From Oscillospiraceae bacterium (GTDB lineage Bacteria > Bacillota > Clostridia > Oscillospirales > Ruminococcaceae), in the NCBI GenBank assembly GCA_029240015.1, contig JARBTU010000001.1, positions 1-29,211 on the forward strand: 29,211 nucleotides of DNA. Direction: 5' to 3'. The notes under the pieces were generated by a model, which worked only from the letters and a program-made list of their open reading frames with translations, was not told where the DNA came from and searched no databases. Positions 18,134-26,717 of this stretch are shown in pieces. Both the position numbers and the translations under genes were made by a program. Within the stretch, counting starts at the first letter, position 1. Every line of letters starts with the position of its first letter.

Positions 18134-18857
18134 TATTGCAACACTGTTCCCCGAAATGTGCGAAACGGTTCTTAACGAAAGTATTGTAGGCAGAGCAAGA
18201 AAAAATAGTCTCGTTGAAATTGTCTGCCACAACATCAGAGATTATACTTTGGACAAGCACCGCCGCGTTGATGACACCCCGTACGGCGGCGGAAAAGGAA
18301 TGGTCATGCAAGCCGACCCGATTTTCAAATGTTATCAGCAAGTTTGTGAAATCATTGGCACAAAACCACACGTTATTTATATGAGCCCTCAGGGCAAACC
18401 GCTCGTTCAGACACGTTCAATGGAACTTTCCAAGTTTGAGTATATTTTTATCCTCTGCGGACATTATGAAGGCGTGGATGAAAGAATTATTACGACTATT
18501 GTTGACGAGGAAGTTTCGATTGGGGATTATGTATTGACGGGAGGCGAACTCCCCGCATTGGTTTTAACCGATTCGATTGTCCGCCTTTGTGATGGTGTTT
18601 TGTCTGACAGTGAGTGTTTTGAGCAGGAAAGCCATTTCAACGGACTTCTGGAATATCCGCAATACACCCGTCCCGAGGTTTGGCAAGAACAACAAGTGCC
18701 TGAAGTGCTTTTATCTGGTCATCACGCCAATATTGAAAGCTGGAGAAAAGAACAAAGCTTAATACGCACACTTAACAAACGCCCTGACATGCTGGAAAAT
18801 GCTGTGTTGACCGAAAAAGATCAAAAGACTTTAAAATATATTATCACGCAAAAATAA
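18123..18857 (+). CDS. trmD: tRNA (guanine37-N1)-methyltransferase
   Basis: MRIDIATLFP, VDDTPYGGGKGMVM, CGHYEGVDER, SIGDYVLTGGE, LLEYPQYTRP. ATG 18123 overlaps the end of rimM. Confidence 0.98.
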   Translation: MRIDIATLFPEMCETVLNESIVGRARKNSLVEIVCHNIRDYTLDKHRRVDDTPYGGGKGMVMQADPIFKCYQQVCEIIGTKPHVIYMSPQGKPLVQTRSMELSKFEYIFILCGHYEGVDERIITTIVDEEVSIGDYVLTGGELPALVLTDSIVRLCDGVLSDSECFEQESHFNGLLEYPQYTRPEVWQEQQVPEVLLSGHHANIESWRKEQSLIRTLNKRPDMLENAVLTEKDQKTLKYIITQK

Positions 18858-19001
18858 TTATTTTTGTAATTCTAATATTCAAAATGTTAATAATGTTGAA
18901 AACTTTATGGTGTAATTGCACAACTATGTGCTTCTATATCCTATAATTATCGGAAAAAAGCAGAAATTCAGCGATTTATTGTTTTTTTGCTTTCCCTTTC
19001 G

Positions 19002-19029
19002 TTGACGGTTGTTTTATTTATGCTATAAT
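19002..19029 (+). promoter_or_regulatory. sigma-A promoter of ptsH
   Basis: TTGACG-N16-TATAAT with TGn extension. Confidence 0.7.
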
Positions 19030-19082
19030 TAAAATTACAATAATATTGAACGAATACATTGATTGTATAGGAGAGAAAAATA

Positions 19083-19346
19083 ATGTTTGTAAAAGAGGTT
19101 TCTGTTCAAAACCAGGTAGGACTGCACGCAAGACCTGCGACATTCTTTATACAAAAAGCAAATGAATTTAAATCTTCCATATGGGTTGAAAAAGACGAAC
19201 GCAGAGTGAACGCAAAAAGCTTACTTGGCGTTTTATCTTTGGGTATAGTTGGCGGCACAGACATCAAAATCATTGCTGACGGCGCAGATGAAAAAGAAGC
19301 TGTTGACGGATTGATTAACCTTGTTGATTCGGGTTTTGCCGAATAA
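19083..19346 (+). CDS. ptsH: PTS phosphocarrier protein HPr
   Basis: GLHARPA (His15) and VNAKSLLGVLSL (Ser46) both intact. Confidence 0.95.
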   Translation: MFVKEVSVQNQVGLHARPATFFIQKANEFKSSIWVEKDERRVNAKSLLGVLSLGIVGGTDIKIIADGADEKEAVDGLINLVDSGFAE

Positions 19347-19364
19347 CTAAGACGTTGTATATTG

Positions 19365-19400
19365 GCGTTGCCCTGAACGTGGGCAACGCTTTTGTTCTTT
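19365..19400 (+). terminator. Intrinsic terminator after ptsH
   Basis: GCGTTGCCC-tgaacgt-GGGCAACGC-TTTTGTTCTTT. Confidence 0.85.
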
Positions 19401-19438
19401 ATAAAAACATATCTTCTTGAGAATTGCGGCGGTTTTTT

Positions 19439-21265
19439 ATGAATGATAGAATTGAATTTTTACAGCAAAAAGCAAGAGATTTAACCACATCCCCGGGGGT
19501 TTATCTGATGAAAGACAAATCCTCCAAAATCATTTATGTGGGAAAAGCCAAAAACTTGACCAATCGGGTAAGAAGCTATTTCAGAAGCTCGGCAAAGCAT
19601 GACCCGAAAGTTGCCAAAATGGTTGAAAACGTTTTTGATTTTGACTACATCGTGACCGATAGTGAGTTTGAAGCACTTGTTTTGGAATGCAGCCTAATCA
19701 AACAGTATAATCCCAAATACAACATCCTTCTTAAAGATGACAAGGGTTATCACTATATCAGAGTTACCAATGAAGAGTTCCCAAGAATCACGGCAGAAAA
19801 AATGAAAACCGAAAATGACACTCATCTTGGACCTTATACAAGCAGTTTTTCGGTCAAACAATCAGTTGATGAAGCAAACCGTGTGTTTATGCTCCCAACC
19901 TGCAAGAGAAAATTCCCGCAGGATTTTAAAAAACAGCGCCCTTGTCTTAATTATCACATCAAAAAATGTGCAGGGATTTGCAAAGGCAATATTTCCGAAT
20001 CAGATTATCAGGATACCATTTCACAGGCGATTGACTATATCAAAAAAGGCAGTGCAAACTCCGTGAAAAGTCTGACCTATCAAATGGAACAGGCGGCGGA
20101 AGATCTTGATTTTGAAAGAGCAGCAAAGCTTCGTGACCGAATTCAAGCGATTTCAAAACTCAATGAATCTCAAAAGGTTATCCGATCCGATGAAAAGGAA
20201 CAAGATGTAATATCCGGCGCACAGAACTACGATATGGCAGCGTTTGTGGTGCTAAAGTTCAGAAACGGTCAGCTTGTTGATAAAGAAAATTTTATTTTCT
20301 CCGATGTTTTTAACCTTTCCGATGCCAGAAATGAATTTTTGACAAGATACTATTCAAACAATGTAGATATTCCGAAAATTATTACGCTGGACGAATCTAT
20401 TGAAAATATCGAGCTTGTCCGCGAATATCTTTGCTCATTGGCAAAACACAGTGTGCATATCAATATCCCACAAAAAGGCGAACAAAAAAAGCTTGTTCTG
20501 ATGGCAATGAACAATGCATCCGAACAGCTTTCTAACAAGGTCAACCTCACAGGGAAAGAAGTCGCGGCTTTAGATGAACTGACCAGGCTGCTTGGGCTTG
20601 CTTCCACTCCCAGATATATCGAATCTTATGACATTTCCAATCTTGGCGACAGCGGAATCGTTGCGGGGATGGTAGTTTTTGAAAACGGTCGCCCGCTCAA
20701 ATCCGCATACAAGCGGTTCTCTTTGCGCGATATGCCAACAAGAGACGATTATGGCGCCATGTCACAGGTTATTGAACGAAGACTCAACCGTTATCTGGAA
20801 CAGAAAGATTCCGGCGAAGGGTTTGGACGTCTCCCCGACCTCATCCTTTTGGATGGAGGAAAGGGTCATGTCAGCACTATTGAACCCATCATCCAACGGG
20901 TTGGGCTTTCCATCCCTGTTTTCGGAATGGTCAAAGATGACAGGCACAGAACTCGTGCCATTGCCACAGACGGTGGAGAGATTTCCATCACAAGCACCCG
21001 CTCCGCCTTCCATCTTGTTTCGAAGATTCAGGACGAAGTTCACCGTTTCGCCATCAGCTATCAACGAAAAACCAGAAAAAAATCTATGTTCCAGATGGAA
21101 CTTACCAAGATAGATGGAATAGGCCCCAAAAAGACCGAAAAAATAATAACTTATTTTAAAACAAAAGACGCACTTAAAGCCGCAACTACTCAGGACCTGC
21201 AAAAAATTGCGGGCGTATCTTCTGAGAAGGCTCAACAACTTTTCGAACTGATTCAAAACTTATAA
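19439..21265 (+). CDS. uvrC: Excinuclease ABC subunit C
   Basis: GIY-YIG-type PGVYLMKD...IYVGKAKNL.NRVRSYF, UVR domain FERAAKLRDRI, IESYDISN, PDLILLDGGKGH, RDE-like QDEVHRFAI, and a C-terminal HhH. Confidence 0.97.
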   Translation: MNDRIEFLQQKARDLTTSPGVYLMKDKSSKIIYVGKAKNLTNRVRSYFRSSAKHDPKVAKMVENVFDFDYIVTDSEFEALVLECSLIKQYNPKYNILLKDDKGYHYIRVTNEEFPRITAEKMKTENDTHLGPYTSSFSVKQSVDEANRVFMLPTCKRKFPQDFKKQRPCLNYHIKKCAGICKGNISESDYQDTISQAIDYIKKGSANSVKSLTYQMEQAAEDLDFERAAKLRDRIQAISKLNESQKVIRSDEKEQDVISGAQNYDMAAFVVLKFRNGQLVDKENFIFSDVFNLSDARNEFLTRYYSNNVDIPKIITLDESIENIELVREYLCSLAKHSVHINIPQKGEQKKLVLMAMNNASEQLSNKVNLTGKEVAALDELTRLLGLASTPRYIESYDISNLGDSGIVAGMVVFENGRPLKSAYKRFSLRDMPTRDDYGAMSQVIERRLNRYLEQKDSGEGFGRLPDLILLDGGKGHVSTIEPIIQRVGLSIPVFGMVKDDRHRTRAIATDGGEISITSTRSAFHLVSKIQDEVHRFAISYQRKTRKKSMFQMELTKIDGIGPKKTEKIITYFKTKDALKAATTQDLQKIAGVSSEKAQQLFELIQNL

Positions 21266-21296
21266 TAAACCTTATTTGAATGAAAGGAACATCTAT

Positions 21297-21962
21297 ATGA
21301 ACATCGTTACTTTTGAAGATATTAAAAACAATCCCGATATTCAAATCTATATAAGAAAAGCAGATGAATCGCTGGGCGCGCTGGGTTATACGGAGCACGC
21401 TTTTGCACATGTAACGAGAACCGCCCAAACAGCAAACTATCTTTTAACCGAACTTGGATATTCGGAACGGGATGCTGAACTTGTAAAAATTGCGGCATAT
21501 ATGCACGACATCGGCAACATCGTTAACCGCGTTGACCATGCCCAAAGCGGAGCCGTTATGGCTTTTCGTATTCTTGATAATCTCGGCATGCCCGCCGACG
21601 AGCTTGCAACCGTGATTGGTGCAATAGGCAACCATGACGAGGGAACAGGCGTTCCGGTCAACCATGTTGCAGCGGCACTTATTATTGCAGACAAGACTGA
21701 TGTCCGCAGGACTCGTGTGCGGAATCAGGACATTGCCACTTTTGACATCCATGACCGTGTAAACTATGCCGTTGTGGATTCCCGCTCGATGTTAAGCGAA
21801 GATAAAAAATATATTACGCTGGAACTGACTATTGATACCCATATCTGCGCTGTAATGGACTATTTTGAAATTTTTCTTCGCCGTATGCTTTTATGCAGAA
21901 AAGCCGCCGAATTTTTAGGGTTGACCTTTAAGCTTGTCATTAACAATAATCAGCTTTTATAG
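21297..21962 (+). CDS. HD-domain metal-dependent phosphohydrolase
   Basis: YTEH, AYMHDIGN (HD), GNHDE, IIADKTD. ATG 21297 follows AAAGGA. Confidence 0.88.
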   Translation: MNIVTFEDIKNNPDIQIYIRKADESLGALGYTEHAFAHVTRTAQTANYLLTELGYSERDAELVKIAAYMHDIGNIVNRVDHAQSGAVMAFRILDNLGMPADELATVIGAIGNHDEGTGVPVNHVAAALIIADKTDVRRTRVRNQDIATFDIHDRVNYAVVDSRSMLSEDKKYITLELTIDTHICAVMDYFEIFLRRMLLCRKAAEFLGLTFKLVINNNQLL

Positions 21963-22048
21963 CTATAAACCAGTAATAAAACCGCCCTTTTTTTTATATA
22001 AATAGAATTGCAGAGATGCAACTATTACAAAGGGGCGTGGTTTTTGTT

Positions 22049-22912
22049 ATGTCAGGATTCAGCATTGCTTTAAGCGGAGGAGGAGCGGCTTGTTCTGCTC
22101 ATGTGGGAGTTTTAACCGCACTTCACGAAAACGGTCTGATACCGAATGCCGTTTCGGGAACAAGTTCGGGGAGTATCATCGCGAGTCTTTTTGCAATGGG
22201 GCTGACCACGACCGACCTTAAATACCTGATTAAGCAGTTTGCAAAAAAACGAAACGGACTTGTTGATACCGATATTTGGGGCATTATCAAAGCAATTTTC
22301 CAATTGATAACCGGTCAAACAGTGACTCTTCCGGGTCTTTTAAAAGGCAATGCATTGGAAAAACTGATGTTAAAATATACGGGTGGCATCAATATTAAAG
22401 ACGTTGAAATTCCGATTGTGATTCCTGCCGTCGATATCCATAGCGGAAAAACAGTTGCATACACAAACTCCCCAAACCATGTCAGTGTCGAAAACGTTAT
22501 TTGGAAACAAGATGTCGACCTTGCTGCTGTAATCCGCGCAAGCTGCTCATTCCCTGCTGTTTTTCGTCCGAAGGATATTGACGGAATGTGCTTGGTGGAC
22601 GGAGGTGTCACCCACAACCTCCCTGTGGATTTGCTTTGTGCCATCGGAGGGAAAAACGTCATCGCTGTGGATGTTTCCGAAATCTATGTCGAACCCGATG
22701 TGGATAATATCTTTGAAGTGACCTCCCATTCGTTCATGCTGATGAGGAGTGAACTTACGAACTATACTGCAAAGTGTGAGCTGTTAACCATCAAACCCCC
22801 TATGCCAAAAGAAATGGGACTTCTAAGCTTTTGCTGTATGGAAAGATGCTTTGAGATCGGCTATGATACAGCCAGCACATTTATCCCTGTGATAAAAAGC
22901 CTTGTTGAATAA
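22049..22912 (+). CDS. Patatin-like phospholipase
   Basis: LSGGGA glycine loop, GTSSG nucleophile motif, RASCSFP and DGG. ATG 22049 follows AGGGG; the track start is 22016. Confidence 0.92.
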   Translation: MSGFSIALSGGGAACSAHVGVLTALHENGLIPNAVSGTSSGSIIASLFAMGLTTTDLKYLIKQFAKKRNGLVDTDIWGIIKAIFQLITGQTVTLPGLLKGNALEKLMLKYTGGINIKDVEIPIVIPAVDIHSGKTVAYTNSPNHVSVENVIWKQDVDLAAVIRASCSFPAVFRPKDIDGMCLVDGGVTHNLPVDLLCAIGGKNVIAVDVSEIYVEPDVDNIFEVTSHSFMLMRSELTNYTAKCELLTIKPPMPKEMGLLSFCCMERCFEIGYDTASTFIPVIKSLVE

Positions 22913-23086
22913 TATCATACCATTATCCGAGCGCTCGTTCTTTTAAGCGCATGATTAAGCCAAACTTTGGGAATACTTTTACATAAAACACAATGTGTGG
23001 GTTGTTTTTAACATTATGATGATTATATTGTTAAAAACAACTCATTCTTTAAACCCAAATCAAGATAAAAACCGTATAAAAAATAT

Positions 23087-23115
23087 TTGAATTTTATGGT
23101 ATACTATGATAGAAT
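23087..23115 (+). promoter_or_regulatory. Probable sigma-A promoter of aspS-gatCAB
   Basis: TTGAAT-N17-TAGAAT with TGn; an overlapping TGnTATACT at 23097-23105 is an alternative. Confidence 0.55.
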
Positions 23116-23153
23116 AAATCTATTAGTAGTTTTTTGAGAGGATTGTTTATATA

Positions 23154-24902
23154 ATGGTGTCAATTAACAAATATCGCACACATTCTTGTGGAGAAATTCG
23201 AGAAAAAGACATCGACAAAGACGTTCGCGTTTCAGGTTGGGTAGAAAATATCCGTGACCATGGCGGCGTCCTTTTTGTTGATTTACGCGACCAGTATGGT
23301 GTCGTTCAAATCGTTGTTCATAATGAAAATATGCTTAAAAATGTTTCAAAAGAGAGCACCATAACTGTTGCAGGAAAAGTAGTTAAAAGGGATGAAGATA
23401 CACTAAATCCTAAAATAGAAACAGGGATGATTGAAATCACGGCTTCCACCCTTGATGTTCAAGGAAAAGCCCTATCGAATCTGCCTTTTGAAGTTGCATC
23501 GTCCAAAGATATCAAAGAAGAATTAAGATTACAATATAGATTTTTAGATTTAAGAAATAAAAAGGTTCATGATAACATAGTGGTGCGTGCAAATGTCATT
23601 TCATTCTTGAGAAGTAAAATGAGCGAGATGGGCTTTTTAGAAATTCAAACCCCTATCCTTTCCGCTTCTTCTCCCGAAGGTGCACGCGACTATTTGATTC
23701 CAAGCCGCAAACATCAAGGCAAGTTTTATGCCTTACCGCAAGCACCTCAAATATTTAAGCAGCTGTTGATGGTATCGGGATTTGACCGTTATTTCCAAAT
23801 CGCTCCTTGCTTTAGGGACGAAGATGCCAGGGCAGATCGTTCTCCCGGCGAATTCTATCAGCTTGACTTTGAAATGGCTTTTGCTACACAAGAGGATGTA
23901 TTTGAAATAGCAGAAAATGTTCTATCCGAAGCTTTTTCAAAATTCTCGGATAAAAAAGTTTCTTCCGCTCCTTTTGAACGGATTCCATATGCAGACGCTA
24001 TGCTCAAATACGGAACGGACAAGCCGGACCTCAGGAACCCACTCGAAATCATTGAACTCAGCGATATGTTTGTTGAAACGGATTTTGCTCCTTTCAGGGG
24101 AAAAACAGTTCGTGGCATCAATGTTCCTGATTGTGCGTCCAAATCCAAAAGCTTTTTCGAAAATATGCTTTCATTTGCGACATCTATCGGTATGAAAGGG
24201 CTCGGATACATTAAAGTAGACGAAAACATGAAATACTTAGGTCCTATCGACAAATTTTTGACCGATGAACAAAGAATTGATTTGAAGAACCGTGCAAACT
24301 TAAAACCTGGAGACGTTTTCTATTTTATTGCAGACAGCAAGAGTATGGCACCAAAGCTTGCAGGCCAAATCCGCACCGAACTTGCCAATCGTCTTAACTT
24401 ACTGGAAAAAGACGCTTATCGCATGTGCTTCATTGTTGACTTCCCGATGTATGAAATTGACGAAGAAAGCGGAAAAGTCATTTTTACACACAATCCGTTT
24501 TCTATGCCACAAGGCGGAATGGAGACGCTTTTAAACAAAAATCCACTTGATATATTAGCATATCAGTATGATATCGTCTGCAACGGTGTTGAACTTTCTT
24601 CGGGAGCTGTACGAAACCATGATTTAGACATCATGATAAAAGCTTTTGAAATTGCTGGATACACCGAAGAAACCATTGAGGAAAAATTCTCTGCGCTTTA
24701 TACGGCGTTTAAATACGGTGCTCCTCCTCATGCGGGGATGGCTCCCGGCATCGACAGAATGATAATGCTTCTGACAGATGAAGAAAACATCAGAGAAGTT
24801 ATTGCCTTCCCGATGAACAGCAATGCACAGGATCTTTTGATGGGCGCTCCTTGCGAAGTAACAGAAAAACAACTTAGAGAAGTACACATTAAACTCAGAT
24901 AG
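23154..24902 (+). CDS. aspS: Aspartate--tRNA ligase, probably non-discriminating (Asp/Asn)
   Basis: YRTHSCGE, RDHGGVLFVDLRD, LQYRFLDLR, YFQIAPCFRDED, GAPPHAGMAPGIDR; first gene of an operon with gatCAB. Confidence 0.96.
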   Translation: MVSINKYRTHSCGEIREKDIDKDVRVSGWVENIRDHGGVLFVDLRDQYGVVQIVVHNENMLKNVSKESTITVAGKVVKRDEDTLNPKIETGMIEITASTLDVQGKALSNLPFEVASSKDIKEELRLQYRFLDLRNKKVHDNIVVRANVISFLRSKMSEMGFLEIQTPILSASSPEGARDYLIPSRKHQGKFYALPQAPQIFKQLLMVSGFDRYFQIAPCFRDEDARADRSPGEFYQLDFEMAFATQEDVFEIAENVLSEAFSKFSDKKVSSAPFERIPYADAMLKYGTDKPDLRNPLEIIELSDMFVETDFAPFRGKTVRGINVPDCASKSKSFFENMLSFATSIGMKGLGYIKVDENMKYLGPIDKFLTDEQRIDLKNRANLKPGDVFYFIADSKSMAPKLAGQIRTELANRLNLLEKDAYRMCFIVDFPMYEIDEESGKVIFTHNPFSMPQGGMETLLNKNPLDILAYQYDIVCNGVELSSGAVRNHDLDIMIKAFEIAGYTEETIEEKFSALYTAFKYGAPPHAGMAPGIDRMIMLLTDEENIREVIAFPMNSNAQDLLMGAPCEVTEKQLREVHIKLR

Positions 24903-24935
24903 CCTGTTGATTAATTGGATTGGAGTTGATCTATT

Positions 24936-25214
24936 TTGATTACCCGTGAAGAAATACAAAATATCGCGATCCTAAGCAAACTTTTTATTGACGAAAATGA
25001 GTTAGACACGCTTACTCAGGATATGGCTCAAATTATTACGTTTGCAGACACGATAAACACTGCTGTTGAAGAGTTGGAAGATTTTGAAGATATCAACAAT
25101 CTGTCCAACGTCTTCCGCGAAGACGAAGTGCTCCCGTCTTATGACCGTTCTCTTATCCTCAAAAACGTGGACGGTGGCGAAAACGGATACTTCCCTGTTA
25201 AAAAAAGAGTTTAA
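24936..25214 (+). CDS. gatC: Asp/Glu-tRNA amidotransferase subunit C
   Basis: ITREEIQNIAILSKL...NVFREDEV...NGYFPV; directly before gatA. TTG start. Confidence 0.92.
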   Translation: MITREEIQNIAILSKLFIDENELDTLTQDMAQIITFADTINTAVEELEDFEDINNLSNVFREDEVLPSYDRSLILKNVDGGENGYFPVKKRV

Positions 25215-25244
25215 CCAATCCTGTTATGTTAAGGAGAATCGCAA

Positions 25245-26717
25245 GTGGAAAAGACAAAAGGAAAAATTAAGTACCTTGGAGAACTTTTAAGAAATAAAGA
25301 AATCTCTTGTCAGGAACTGACGACCAAATATCTTGAAAGCATCAATCAGGATAACGGAAAACTGAACGCTTATGTAAGTGTCACAGAGCAAGAAGCACTT
25401 GACACAGCAAAAGCAGTAGATAAAAAAATTGCTTCAGGTGAGGAACTCTCCCCTCTTGAAGGAATTCCGATGACGTTAAAAGACAATATCTCTACAAAAG
25501 ATATTGAAACAACTTGTTGTTCCAAAATTCTTCAAGGATATGTTCCGATTTATAATGCAACTGTTTGGGACCTTTTAAAGAGCCAAAATGCGGTTTTGCT
25601 TGGAAAAACCAACATGGATGAATTCGCGATGGGCTCGTCCTGTGAAACATCCTGCTTTGGGGGTGCAAACAATCCTCACAATTTAGCACACGTTGCAGGA
25701 GGAAGCTCCGGCGGAGTTGCTTCTGCTGTGGGTGGAAACATTGCGGCTTATGGGCTTGGATCTGACACGGGCGGTTCTATCCGCCAACCGGCAAGCTTTT
25801 GCGGTCTGGTTGGGTTAAAGCCAACCTACGGCGCAGTTTCCCGTTACGGTTTGATTGCATATGCCTCCAGTTTGGATCAAATCGGTCCTATCACCTCAAC
25901 AGTGGAAGATGCTGCTTTGGTGTTTGACGCAATCTCCAAAAAAGATCCGATGGATTCGACCTCTCAAGGCGGCGCTGAGCCGACCTTGGCTAAATTGAAT
26001 CAAGATATTAAAGGACTTAAAATCGGAGTAGCAAAAGAATATTTTGAAGGTGTTCGGGATGATGTAAAAAAAGCGCTCGAACAATCGATAAAGACCTATG
26101 TATCACTGGGTGCACAAATTGTATATTTTGACCTTCCTGTTCTAAAATACGCCCTCCCTGTTTACTACATTCTGGCCTGTGCGGAGGCTTCTTCCAATCT
26201 TGGGCGATATGACAGTATCCGATATGGATACCGAACAGATGAAAATTATCATAGCATTCATGAAATGATTTGTAAAACAAGGAGCGAAGGATTTGGAAAG
26301 GAAGTTCAGCGAAGGATTTTACTTGGCACCTACGTATTAAGTTCAGGTTATTATGACGCTTATTATAAAAAAGCACAACGACTACGTGGAGCTGTGGTTA
26401 AAGCATTCCAAAACGCTTTTCAAAGCTGCGATGTAATTTTGACGCCGACCGTTCCGATGACTGCTTTTGAACAAGGATTTTCTTCTAAAGACCAAATCGA
26501 AACCTATCAAACCGATATCTGCACCGTTCCAATTAACATTGCAGGGCTTCCTGCAATTTCGATTCCTTGCGGCTTTGATTCCAAAGGATTGCCAATCGGG
26601 ATGCAGCTCATCGGCAACACTTTTTGTGAGAGTACAATTCTAAATGCAGCATATCAGTTTGAAAATGCTTGTGCTAATCAAATCTATAAAAACGTTGATT
26701 TGGGGGTTAAGTTATGA
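25245..26717 (+). CDS. gatA: Asp/Glu-tRNA amidotransferase subunit A
   Basis: KDNI, GKTNMDEFAMGSS, GGSSGG, LGSDTGGSIRQPA amidase signature, RRILLGT. GTG start. Confidence 0.98.
   Translation: MEKTKGKIKYLGELLRNKEISCQELTTKYLESINQDNGKLNAYVSVTEQEALDTAKAVDKKIASGEELSPLEGIPMTLKDNISTKDIETTCCSKILQGYVPIYNATVWDLLKSQNAVLLGKTNMDEFAMGSSCETSCFGGANNPHNLAHVAGGSSGGVASAVGGNIAAYGLGSDTGGSIRQPASFCGLVGLKPTYGAVSRYGLIAYASSLDQIGPITSTVEDAALVFDAISKKDPMDSTSQGGAEPTLAKLNQDIKGLKIGVAKEYFEGVRDDVKKALEQSIKTYVSLGAQIVYFDLPVLKYALPVYYILACAEASSNLGRYDSIRYGYRTDENYHSIHEMICKTRSEGFGKEVQRRILLGTYVLSSGYYDAYYKKAQRLRGAVVKAFQNAFQSCDVILTPTVPMTAFEQGFSSKDQIETYQTDICTVPINIAGLPAISIPCGFDSKGLPIGMQLIGNTFCESTILNAAYQFENACANQIYKNVDLGVKL

Noticed and set aside
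19347-19438. SOS (LexA) box before uvrC
   Set aside because: No GAAC-N4-GTTC match.
22913-23153. T-box riboswitch upstream of aspS
   Set aside because: No T-box GGTGGnACC sequence, specifier stem or terminator/antiterminator. The predicted promoter leaves only about 35 nt of leader.
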